Shown here piece by piece: positions 14,761-22,496 of a DNA stretch of 32,000 nt (position 1 is its first letter; the number at the start of each line of letters is the position of its first letter). A model generated the notes under the pieces. That model saw nothing but the letters and a program-made list of their open reading frames with translations, ran no database searches and was not told the DNA's origin. Source of the stretch: Megasphaera elsdenii DSM 20460 (GTDB lineage: Bacteria; Bacillota; Negativicutes; Veillonellales; Megasphaeraceae); contig NZ_CP027570.1 in the NCBI RefSeq assembly GCF_003010495.1, positions 810,001 to 842,000 of the forward strand. The letters run 5' to 3'. The position numbers and the translations under genes are program-made.

Positions 14761-16305
14761 TTATAATTCAGCCTGGCCGACGTAAGAAATGATGGTATCG
14801 AGGATATGAGGCAATTTCTGCGATACGCTTTCAATATGGACGCGTTCTGTCCGTTCGTGCAAGTCCTTGCCCCACGGTCCCAGGAGGAGGAAGGGAATCT
14901 GCAATTTTTTCAAACTTTCCAAGTCAAAGGGATAGGCTTTGCCCCAGAGGAGCAAGTTCTTTTCGACCATGCCTTCGTCAAAATCGGGGTCGACGCAGCA
15001 GTAACTGCAATCGGAAACGCCGTTGAAATAGCGTTCAAAGCGGACATCCATCATCGAGGAAATCTTTTCCAGCAAGCCTGTAAAGGCCGGCGTCGGGAAA
15101 GACAGGCTGTCGGCTGCCGGATAATAAGGTGGCGCAAAAGCGACGACGGCCATCGGCGCCGTCATGCCCGTGAAATCGAGAATCTGCTCCAAGAGGTGTA
15201 TCGTTTCTTCGGCATAGGTGCTGCGCCCGTCTTGCAGGGCGACGAAAGAAGCCTGTTTAGCCGCTTCATAGAAGACGTCGAAGCCGGGGTAGGCCGCAGC
15301 CTGCTGCAAGAGCTCATCGGCACTGCAGACGGAGACGGGCAGATTGCTGCCCATGGTCTGCTGCAAGTCATGGACGGCCCGCCGCGTTTCTTCCAAAAGG
15401 ACATACATGACATCGTCCGGTGTCTTGTCGTAAGTTAGCAGGTTCAGGGCGGCAGCTACGCGCTGGGGCAGGGTCACGTCGTACCGTTCCTTGCGGTCCC
15501 GCAGATAGACCCAGGCCGGCGGCGGCGTCTGTTCACCATCGCAGCTGTCGGTCAGTTCCCGGCTGCCTTCGGTCGCCGCGATGAGGTGGGCCAGGACGCC
15601 GACGGGATTCATGCCTTTATCATAGCAGCCGATGTGGACTGGTTTGCCCTGGACCAGGACGACGGGCAGGATTTTGCCGACAGAACCGGTGTAAGCCACG
15701 AGTTTCCCCTGTTCTTTATGGTTCGGTTCGCTGTCGATGAGGATATCGTAGATCAGGCCATAAGAAGAACGCAATTCATTGAGCAGGGTAATGGCCGTCC
15801 GCATGCCGGCCGAATACGTTTCTTCATCAGGCAGGGATAAATAAATCAGGCTGGCCTTGCCCGGATGGGCTGCATAATCCTCAAAGACGGCTAATTGCGC
15901 AGCCGCGCCGCCTTTCATGTCACAGGAGCCGCGGCCAAAGAGCCACTCCCCGCTTTCCCAGTCCCGGCGCACGTCCTCACTGAGCGGAGCCCGTTCCAGT
16001 GCCTTATACAGCCCTTGCGGGTCAAAGGCCTGGTCCCGCAGATAGCCATAGGACTCTACGTCGACGACATCGTGATGATTCATGAAAATGACCGTATGGC
16101 CCGTACTGCCGCGGACGAGGCCGTAGACGACAGACCGCTGGCAATTATCGTCGGGTACGTGGATGAGGCCGCTGGCGACGTCATCGAGATGAGAAAAGAA
16201 CTGCTGCAGGTATAATTCCATCTGTCGTTCTTTAGGCGTATTCGTCTCGCTGTCAATATGAATCATATCTTGTAAAATTTCCATAACGCGTGCTGCTCGT
16301 GCCAT
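14761..16305 (-). CDS. M20/M25/M40 family metallohydrolase (RocB-like)
   Basis: 514 aa with motifs VIFMNHHDVVDV and GRGSCDMKGGAAAQL (catalytic D/E region) and SLPDEETYSAGMR, in an architecture of RocB-like length. AAGGGGG RBS. The start lies 12 nt after the gtrA-like stop. Confidence 0.8.
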   Translation of the reverse strand: MARAARVMEILQDMIHIDSETNTPKERQMELYLQQFFSHLDDVASGLIHVPDDNCQRSVVYGLVRGSTGHTVIFMNHHDVVDVESYGYLRDQAFDPQGLYKALERAPLSEDVRRDWESGEWLFGRGSCDMKGGAAAQLAVFEDYAAHPGKASLIYLSLPDEETYSAGMRTAITLLNELRSSYGLIYDILIDSEPNHKEQGKLVAYTGSVGKILPVVLVQGKPVHIGCYDKGMNPVGVLAHLIAATEGSRELTDSCDGEQTPPPAWVYLRDRKERYDVTLPQRVAAALNLLTYDKTPDDVMYVLLEETRRAVHDLQQTMGSNLPVSVCSADELLQQAAAYPGFDVFYEAAKQASFVALQDGRSTYAEETIHLLEQILDFTGMTAPMAVVAFAPPYYPAADSLSFPTPAFTGLLEKISSMMDVRFERYFNGVSDCSYCCVDPDFDEGMVEKNLLLWGKAYPFDLESLKKLQIPFLLLGPWGKDLHERTERVHIESVSQKLPHILDTIISYVGQAEL

Positions 16306-16317
16306 AGAGACACCCCC

Positions 16318-16767
16318 TTACTTAAAAATCCATTTCTTACGCGACACATAATTCCAAACGGTAACGATGGCACTGGCCATGATTTTCGACACCATCGGAT
16401 TCAGCCCTAAAATAGCCGGTGACGTAAACAGCCACATGAGCAGGAGATTCCAGCCCAGGCCGATGGCACTGACAACGAAGACCAGGGACACTTCCGTCCC
16501 GCGGTGATAGCGGCTGCCGCTGTCGAAGACAAAGCGGTTACAGAGCACATAATGATATAGAGTCGACGAGGCAAAAGCCAGGGTCGTCGCAGCCAGGACG
16601 GTCTGCGTCTGCATCGAAAACACAGCACCGGCTGACAACAGCCGGAAGAAAATATAAAAAAGCGACCATTCCAAGAGAGCCGCCGAGCCGCCGACGAGAA
16701 GGTACATGAAGATTTTCATATACTCGTTATTGGTATAATCAAAGCCAAAAATCTGCTTGCGTTTCAT
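16318..16767 (-). CDS. GtrA family membrane protein
   Basis: 150 aa from ATG 16767 (AAAGGAAGGG RBS) with YLLVGGSAALLEWSLFYIF...YHYVLCNRFVF...VWNYVSRKKWIFK. It has four TM helices and the typical GtrA N- and C-terminal motifs. Confidence 0.85.
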   Translation of the reverse strand: MKRKQIFGFDYTNNEYMKIFMYLLVGGSAALLEWSLFYIFFRLLSAGAVFSMQTQTVLAATTLAFASSTLYHYVLCNRFVFDSGSRYHRGTEVSLVFVVSAIGLGWNLLLMWLFTSPAILGLNPMVSKIMASAIVTVWNYVSRKKWIFK

Positions 16768-16910
16768 AAAACCCTTCCTTTGCATGTTTTCACATTTATT
16801 ATACGGCAAGGCAAAAATAAAAGCTACTTACTAGATAGATATGCAAAAATATGATAAAATGTAAACTAATTAGGAATACGAAATATTGTCAGAAGGAAGG
16901 CAGATATCCT

Positions 16911-17351
16911 GTGGATTACACGAGATGCATTAATTTTTTGCTAACCATTTCACAACATGAAGTCTTTTTGATCTTCTCCGAAAACCTTTCCGAGTTCGGC
17001 ATCACACCGGGACAATACGGCGTCCTGGCCTGTCTCTGGAAAGATGAAACGCTGACGCCGAAGGAAATTGCCAACATCCTGCGCGTCGAAAACTCCACCA
17101 TTTCCGGCGTCCTCGACCGGATGCAGAAGCGAGGCCTCATCGACCGCATCCTCGACCCCAATAACCGCCGCAGCATCCGCGTCAAACCGACGGCTGCCGG
17201 CATGGCCATCAAAGAACCGGTCCAGAAGCGTATCGAAGAACTGAACGACATGGTCTTTAAAGATTTTAAGCCAGAAGAGCGGGAGGAACTACTGAACCTG
17301 CTCACACGCATCGGAAAAGTCTGTGCCGCTGATTTGAAAGAAGGGAAATGA
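16911..17351 (+). CDS. MarR family transcriptional regulator
   Basis: Contains ITPGQYGVLACLWKDETLTPKEIANILRVENSTISGVLDRMQKRGLIDRILDPNNRRSIRVKPT (wHTH). The track ORF begins at ATG 16851, but that ATG lies inside a TATGAT/TG-n-TAAAAT -10-like box. GTG 16911 follows GAAGGAAGG and gives a typical 146-aa MarR. The start is uncertain. Confidence 0.85.
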   Translation: MDYTRCINFLLTISQHEVFLIFSENLSEFGITPGQYGVLACLWKDETLTPKEIANILRVENSTISGVLDRMQKRGLIDRILDPNNRRSIRVKPTAAGMAIKEPVQKRIEELNDMVFKDFKPEEREELLNLLTRIGKVCAADLKEGK

Positions 17352-17385
17352 AAAAGGCGCTGTCCTCGAAGACAGCGCCTTTTTG
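17351..17385 (+). terminator. Rho-independent terminator after marR
   Basis: A5, then stem GGCGCTGTC / loop CTCGAA / GACAGCGCC, then T5. Confidence 0.85.
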
Positions 17386-17386
17386 A

Positions 17387-17441
17387 GTGGTTAGTGGCTA
17401 GTGGTTAGCATTTGTAGGGGCCGTCCCAAAGGGCGGCCCGC
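17387..17441. repeat. Half copy of the composite repeat (heptamer arm + GTAG hairpin core)
   Basis: GTGGTTA GTGGCTA GTGGTTA (17387-17407), then GTAGGGGCCGTCCCAAAGGGCGGCCCGC (17414-17441). The latter is identical over 28 nt to 5227-5254. Confidence 0.85.
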
Positions 17442-17451
17442 TAATAACCAA

Positions 17452-18849
17452 TCATACAATACCAGTTAACATGTAGAAGAATACGCCGAAGAAGGCGACG
17501 ACTACTTTCAAGAGGGTAATGGCGAACATATCCTTATAAGCTTCGCGATGAGTCAGACCGCAGATAGCCAAGGTCGTGATGACAGCACCGTTATGGGGCA
17601 GGCTGTCCATACCGCCGGAAGCCATGGCTGCAATACGGTGGACGACTTCAGCCGGAATACCGACAGCAGCTGTTTCTGCCAGGAAGTGCTGACCAAAGAT
17701 ATCGAGGGCGATACTCAAACCACCGGAAGCAGAACCGGTGATACCAGCCAGGATGTTGACCATCAAGGCGACGTTGAACAACGGCATGCCCTGGCCGATA
17801 CCGAGGAGGGCATCAGCGACTTCCATGAAGCCCGGCAAGGACGAAATTACGTTGCCGTAACCAACTTCGGAAGCCGTGTTCATGATAGCCAGCAGAGAAC
17901 CGAGAGCGCCGGCATTAAGAGCAGCTTTGACGCTGGTGTTCTTGGACATGAATTTGCGGCCCGTTGCAGCGGCGATGATGATAGCAGCCAAGAGGCCGAG
18001 GACCAGGGCCCAGATAGCGACGACATTGTGGACGCCTTTAGCCAACAGGGGCACGTTCATGGCGCGGAACGGTTCTAATAAGGATTCATCCCACTGGAAA
18101 ATCATGGAGAAGTAGAAGTTCAGGACCAGGACGACGATGAGCGGAATGATGGACAACTGCCAGGGCGGAAGAGAAGCTTCCGGATCGATGACCGTTTCAT
18201 TGAGGGTATGGTTGCCATAGCCTTCGCCGGAACGGGCCATCTGTTTGCGGCGAAATTCGAGGTAAATGAAGCAGAGGACGATCAATAAAGTACCGCAAAT
18301 CAAACCTAAGATTGGAGCGGCAAAAGTCGTCGTTCCCAAATAAATCGTCGGGATGATGTTCTGGATCTGCGGCGAACCAGGATAGCAGTCCATGGTAGCC
18401 GTGAAGACGCCGGCAACGAAGCAGGCCGGAATCAAACGTTTCGGAATATCAGCTTCGCGGAACAGAGCGGCAGCGAAGGGATAAACAGCAAAAGCACAGA
18501 CGAACATGGAAATACCGCCATAGCAGAGGATCATGCAGGCGAAGACGACGGCGAAGACAGCCTTATCTTTCCCGATGAGCTTGATCGTTTCCATAGCGAT
18601 ACTGCGGGCCATGCCCGTTTCTTCCATGACCTTGCCGAAAACGGCACCGAGGAGGAAGACCGGGAAGAAGGATTTGATGTAGGTAACGGCTTTAGCCATG
18701 AACAATTCCGTATACCCCGGTAAAATCGGCAGCCCCGAAAAGCTGGCTGCAAAGAGGGCGAAAATCGGCGCAAACAAAATAACCGAAAATCCGCGATAAG
18801 CAAATGTGACAAGTAAAAATAAACTTAGGACGATAGCAACAATTTCCAT
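17452..18849 (-). CDS. GntP family permease (organic-acid:H+ symporter superfamily; substrate unknown)
   Basis: 465 aa with about 12-13 TM helices. The layout resembles GntT/GntP (N-terminal MEIVAIVLSLFLLV..., GAVFGKVMEETGMARSIA, YPGSPQIQN, C-terminal GGMDSLPHNGAVITTLAICG). AAGGAG RBS. Confidence 0.7.
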   Translation of the reverse strand: MEIVAIVLSLFLLVTFAYRGFSVILFAPIFALFAASFSGLPILPGYTELFMAKAVTYIKSFFPVFLLGAVFGKVMEETGMARSIAMETIKLIGKDKAVFAVVFACMILCYGGISMFVCAFAVYPFAAALFREADIPKRLIPACFVAGVFTATMDCYPGSPQIQNIIPTIYLGTTTFAAPILGLICGTLLIVLCFIYLEFRRKQMARSGEGYGNHTLNETVIDPEASLPPWQLSIIPLIVVLVLNFYFSMIFQWDESLLEPFRAMNVPLLAKGVHNVVAIWALVLGLLAAIIIAAATGRKFMSKNTSVKAALNAGALGSLLAIMNTASEVGYGNVISSLPGFMEVADALLGIGQGMPLFNVALMVNILAGITGSASGGLSIALDIFGQHFLAETAAVGIPAEVVHRIAAMASGGMDSLPHNGAVITTLAICGLTHREAYKDMFAITLLKVVVAFFGVFFYMLTGIV

Positions 18850-18987
18850 CTACTTGTTCTCCTTTTCTTTTAGTTTCCGAATGACTCATTTCGTACCCTT
18901 ATCATACGTTAGAGCCATAGGGAATAAAAGATAACGCCCTAAGACAACCTTTGCGCTTTTTGCCCGTTTTGGAAATTCCATGAATGC

Positions 18988-19020
18988 AAAAGGACTTGCC
19001 GCCATGCGACAAGTCCTTTT
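18988..19020. terminator. Rho-independent terminator (serves the ompH-like gene; flanks make it bidirectional)
   Basis: Stem AGGACTTG (18991-18998) pairs with CAAGTCCT (19010-19017), flanked by AAAA and TTTT. Confidence 0.75.
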
Positions 19021-19022
19021 AA

Positions 19023-19036
19023 GTGGTTAGTGGCTA
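19023..19036. repeat. Minimal remnant of the heptamer array (GTGGTTA GTGGCTA)
   Basis: It has the same junction, CCTTTTAAGTGGTTAGTGGCTA, as the other loci and no GTAG core. Confidence 0.6.
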
Positions 19037-19042
19037 TGGGTA

Positions 19043-19465
19043 TTATTTCAATTTAGCAGCGACGTCTTTGGTGATGTCCTGGGCCTGGCCGATGACGACG
19101 GAGCCCGAGAGGACGACGTAGTCCAGGCCTTTTTCTTTCTGGACGGCCTGAGTCTTAGCGAGGATATCCTTTTCCAAGGGCGAGAACAGGGCGATGCGCT
19201 GCTGGTTCAGTTTGGTGTTATATTTCTGTACCAGTGCCTGCTGAGCGGCCTTGTCGTTGGTCTTTTTTAATTCTTTCTGGAAATCCTGCTGAGCCGATTT
19301 GACGTCGGACTGCCAAGCAGCCATGGTCTTAGCGTACTGCGGATGCTGCTGCAAGAGAGCACCGGCATTGATCGTGCCCAAGCCCGATGCGAAGGATGCG
19401 CCGGCAGCGCTGAGGGTCAGCATGGCTGCGGCTACAGTGGTCATCATCATTTTACGTAATTTCAT
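19043..19465 (-). CDS. OmpH/Skp family periplasmic chaperone
   Basis: 140 aa. Signal peptide MKLRKMMMTTVAAAMLTLSAAGASFA, then a coiled-coil-rich sequence (QQDFQKELKKTNDKAAQQALVQKYNTKLNQQR..) and KEKGLDYVVLSGSVVIG, typical of OmpH. AGGAGG RBS. Confidence 0.85.
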   Translation of the reverse strand: MKLRKMMMTTVAAAMLTLSAAGASFASGLGTINAGALLQQHPQYAKTMAAWQSDVKSAQQDFQKELKKTNDKAAQQALVQKYNTKLNQQRIALFSPLEKDILAKTQAVQKEKGLDYVVLSGSVVIGQAQDITKDVAAKLK

Positions 19466-19481
19466 AGTGGTTTCCTCCTAT

Positions 19482-20069
19482 TTATTCTTCTACGCCTGTC
19501 AGTTCCAGACATTCCTTGCGGACGCCGTCTTCACAGGAGCGCATAGCTAAAATCGTCTTTTCAAAGAGGTCGTTCAAGTCCCAGCCCAGGGTTTCTGCCC
19601 CCTGTTTGATGACATCCCGGGAACAGCCAGCGGCGAAGCGCTTATCTTTGAATTTCTTCTTCAGGCTCTTGACTTCCATGTCTTTCGTGCTCTTGGACGG
19701 ACGCATTTTGGCGGCAGCCCAGATGAGGCCCGTCAATTCGTCGGCCGCGAAGAGGACTTTTTCCATCAAGTGTTCCGGTGCGACGTCGACACAGATGCCA
19801 TAGCCATGGCAAACGACAGCGTGGATGAAAGCGTCGTCGGCATCGATTTCTTTCAACAGTTCCGGCGCCTTTTTACAGTGCTGGTCCGGATATTTTTCAA
19901 AATCCACATCGTGGAGCAGGCCGACGAGTCCCCAGAAATCGACGTCGTCGCCATAGCCCAGTTCCTGGGCATACCAGCGCATAACGCCTTCGACGGTCAG
20001 AGCATGCATGATGTGAAACGGTTCCTGATTATATTTTTGCAATAAAGCCAATGCTTGTGCGCGTTCCAT
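19482..20069 (-). CDS. HD/HDIG domain metal-dependent phosphohydrolase
   Basis: 195 aa from ATG 20069 (GGGGGAG RBS 7 nt upstream): MERAQALALLQKYNQEPFHIMHALTVEGVMRWYA...VGLLHDVDFEKYPDQH...HAVVCHGYG. H..HD motifs are present. The track's N-terminal extension to 20222 overlaps the neighbouring gene and is rejected. Confidence 0.85.
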   Translation of the reverse strand: MERAQALALLQKYNQEPFHIMHALTVEGVMRWYAQELGYGDDVDFWGLVGLLHDVDFEKYPDQHCKKAPELLKEIDADDAFIHAVVCHGYGICVDVAPEHLMEKVLFAADELTGLIWAAAKMRPSKSTKDMEVKSLKKKFKDKRFAAGCSRDVIKQGAETLGWDLNDLFEKTILAMRSCEDGVRKECLELTGVEE

Positions 20070-20098
20070 GTCTTTATCTCCCCCTAGCAAATTGTGAT

Positions 20099-21250
20099 TT
20101 ACCCCATTATAGCATAAAAAATAGACGAGTCTAGGCGGTTCATGCGGAAATCTTCGACAATCTGGATGAAGGGCCGGTAATGGATGGGATTGACCGTAAA
20201 GCCGAAGAGATGGGACGGACACGTACAGTCCGTGCAGCCAAAGCCGTCGATGGACCAGTCGGAAACGGCGCCGACGGCCCGTGCCAGGTCGTGTTCCAGG
20301 TCATCGGCCGTCCGGATGGGCAGGGCGGCGACGACGTCCGCTTCCTGCCGCAGGTAATCGATATGCCAGTGCATCTTCTTGCGCTTGCGGCTGTGCCGGG
20401 CCAGGCGGGCAGCCAGGTTCTTCCGGGCCGACCCGGTATAGACATAGTAGCCGGCCGGGAAATGGAAGCTCCCTTTGGAACCGATGACGATATCCTTCGT
20501 TTCTGGCAGGTGCAGGATGAATGTATAATCACCGCCGTCGTGATTCTCCCGTTCCAGGATAGCCTGGGGATACGCTAACACACCGGCTACGCCGGGCCGG
20601 GAAAAGGAGCCGTCCCAGTGCAGGGCTAGGGCTTTCCAGTCCAGGTGCGGTGCCGCTTCATAAAAGGCCTGGGCAAAGGCCGGATCCGTATGATAATCCG
20701 GCAGGAACCAGCGGGCCCGGTCCCAATGGACCAAGAACAAGACGCCCGTATGGATGCCCTGACGACTCATGGCGGCTAGTTCCAGGATATGCTTTCGGCC
20801 CCGTTCGGTGACGGCATCGGGGAACATGGCGCCGTTTCGGCTGAAAAGGGTACACGACTTGACTTCGACGAAAAAGCGTTCTTCTCCCCGTCCCAGGAGG
20901 AGGTCGAAGCGGCTGTCGCCGACGGTGACTTCCCGGCGGATGAGGTCCCAGTCTTCCCAGCCGGGGATGCGGTGTTCCTGGACCAGCCAGGCCGCCGTAT
21001 CATTATTGTACTGCGTATCGAGCAGAATCGGGATGCCGTCGCGCTCGATGCCGACGACGTCGTAAGCCGTCCGCCGCTTGGGATTGGCTGCCGGCCGGAT
21101 ATAGACAGCGACGCCGGGAAAGAGCAGTTCCCACATGCGGCCGGGATTGGGCATATGGCAAGTCACGATATCCCCATCCAAAGCGACATGGGCGATGAAA
21201 CGGTTGGGCCTGTCGATAAAGGCCCCCTTGCGGATAGAAAACATGTCCAT
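20099..21250 (-). CDS. sfsA: Fusion protein: SfsA nuclease (OB + PD-(D/E)xK) N-terminal part fused to a DUF123 (GIY-YIG/Uri superfamily) C-terminal domain
   Basis: Residues 1 to about 235 contain RPNRFIAHVALDG..VTCHMPNPGRM...SRFDLLL...FVEVKSCTL...FPDAVTERGRKHILEL, matching E. coli SfsA motifs. Residues about 240-383 contain GDYTFILHL...IGSKGSFHFPAGYYVYTGSARKNLAARLARHSRKRKKMHWHIDYL...GFGCTDCTCPSHLF, the DUF123 signature. AGGAG RBS. Confidence 0.85.
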   Translation of the reverse strand: MDMFSIRKGAFIDRPNRFIAHVALDGDIVTCHMPNPGRMWELLFPGVAVYIRPAANPKRRTAYDVVGIERDGIPILLDTQYNNDTAAWLVQEHRIPGWEDWDLIRREVTVGDSRFDLLLGRGEERFFVEVKSCTLFSRNGAMFPDAVTERGRKHILELAAMSRQGIHTGVLFLVHWDRARWFLPDYHTDPAFAQAFYEAAPHLDWKALALHWDGSFSRPGVAGVLAYPQAILERENHDGGDYTFILHLPETKDIVIGSKGSFHFPAGYYVYTGSARKNLAARLARHSRKRKKMHWHIDYLRQEADVVAALPIRTADDLEHDLARAVGAVSDWSIDGFGCTDCTCPSHLFGFTVNPIHYRPFIQIVEDFRMNRLDSSIFYAIMG

Positions 21251-21268
21251 TTTTTTCTCCTGTCTGTG

Positions 21269-21303
21269 AAAAAAGGCGCTGTCGCATGAAGACAGCGCCT
21301 TTT
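21269..21303 (-). terminator. Rho-independent terminator downstream of dapF, abutting the sfsA-fusion RBS
   Basis: Stem GGCGCTGTC (21275-21283) pairs with GACAGCGCC (21291-21299). On the minus strand it is followed by TTTTTT, then 7 nt, then AGGAG. Confidence 0.8.
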
Positions 21304-21305
21304 AA

Positions 21306-21503
21306 GTGGTTAGTGGTTAGTAGCTAGTAGATAGTAGCCCTTTTTAGTGATTCGTATTTTACAGTGTAGGGGGCACCACATGCGAGCCCCTACGAACTGC
21401 AGAACGCATTATTCACAAGATTCAGGCGGGACGCCTTTTAGGCGTCCCCTACGAACGGCTGACTGCTAGCTGCTAACAGCGGGCCGCCCCGCGGTCCCTA
21501 CGC
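21306..21503. repeat. Cluster (BIME-like) of the composite repeat: heptamer array plus three GTAG-headed hairpins in mixed orientation
   Basis: The array is GTGGTTA GTGGTTA GTAGCTA GTAGATA GTAGCCC (21306-21340). The first hairpin is GTAGGGGGCACCACATGCGAGCCCCTAC (21366-21393). The reverse complement of 21425-21452 is GTAGGGGACGCCTAAAAGGCGTCCCGCC. The reverse complement of 21479-21501 is GTAGGGACCGCGGGGCGGCCCGC. A degenerate arm, CTGCTAGCTGCTAAC, is also present. Confidence 0.8.
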
Positions 21504-22337
21504 TTCCAGCCAGTCGCCGGTGAAGGTGACGGCGGCCGGGCCGGTCATGTAGACGTTGCCGTCTTGTTCGTTGTATTCGATGTGCAGCGTGCCCAAGTAG
21601 AGCTGGACGTCGACGCTGCGGCCGGTGAAGCCGTTCAGGAAAGAGCCGACGGCGCAGGCGCAGGAGCCGGTTCCGCAGGCCAGGGTGGCCCCGGCACCGC
21701 GTTCCCACGTATGGACTTTGATGGTGTGGTCGTCGATGACCTGGACGAAGTTCATGTTGGTCTTGCGCGGGAAGGCTTTATACGTTTCAAATTTCGGGCC
21801 CAATTCATGGAGATCGACGGCATCGACATCCTTGACGTAAGTCATGGTGTGGGGGACGCCCATGAGCAGGCTGGTGATCTTATAGGTCTTGCCGTCAATG
21901 TCGATGGGTTCATCGATGACCGGACCCGACGGGCCTTCCATGGGAATCTGGGCGCGGTCGGTAAAGGGTTTGCCCATGTTGATCGTGACCAGGCTGACTT
22001 TGCCGTCGTCGCCGACAGTGACTTTCGGTTTCATGATGCCCGCCAGGGTTTCGACAGCAAATTCTTTCTTGTCGATGATGCCGTTGTCGTAGACGTATTT
22101 GGCAAAGCAGCGGATGCCGTTGCCGCACATTTCCGCTTCACTGCCGTCGGCATTGATGATGCGCATGCGGACGTCGGCTTTATCGCTCGGCACGATGACG
22201 ATGATGCCGTCGGCACCGATGCCCGTATGAGGGGCGCACATCTTGATGGCCAGCTGGGAAAAATCCTTGTCAGCGCCGTTCTTATCTTCCAAAAAGACGA
22301 AGTCATTGCCTAAACCGTGCATTTTTACGAATTTCAT
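21498..22337 (-). CDS. dapF: Diaminopimelate epimerase
   Basis: MKFVKMHGLGNDFVF... with catalytic Cys motifs (EMCGNGIRC and ACGTGSCA). Start taken at ATG 22337 (GGAGGA 7 nt upstream) rather than the track start at 22352. Confidence 0.95.
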   Translation of the reverse strand: MKFVKMHGLGNDFVFLEDKNGADKDFSQLAIKMCAPHTGIGADGIIVIVPSDKADVRMRIINADGSEAEMCGNGIRCFAKYVYDNGIIDKKEFAVETLAGIMKPKVTVGDDGKVSLVTINMGKPFTDRAQIPMEGPSGPVIDEPIDIDGKTYKITSLLMGVPHTMTYVKDVDAVDLHELGPKFETYKAFPRKTNMNFVQVIDDHTIKVHTWERGAGATLACGTGSCACAVGSFLNGFTGRSVDVQLYLGTLHIEYNEQDGNVYMTGPAAVTFTGDWLEA

Positions 22338-22496
22338 AGTTGAGTCCTCCATAAAAAATATCTATTTCTGATTTCATTGCTTACTTGAATCCTTACAGTT
22401 GTTATTATACAATAGCGGAAAGTGGCAAATATATGAAAATAATGCTGTTTATATTGCAAATCCTGTTATACGCATATCAGGCGAGGTGACACGGCC

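Noticed and set aside
19482-20222. N-terminal extensions of track ORFs. Examples: HD protein to 20222, BofA to 10339, aconitase to 25713, budA to 30356, dapF to 22352, OmpA to 14662, GtrA to 16809.
   Set aside because: In each case an internal ATG with a good Shine-Dalgarno gives the family-typical N-terminus. The extension overlaps a neighbouring gene or lacks an RBS.
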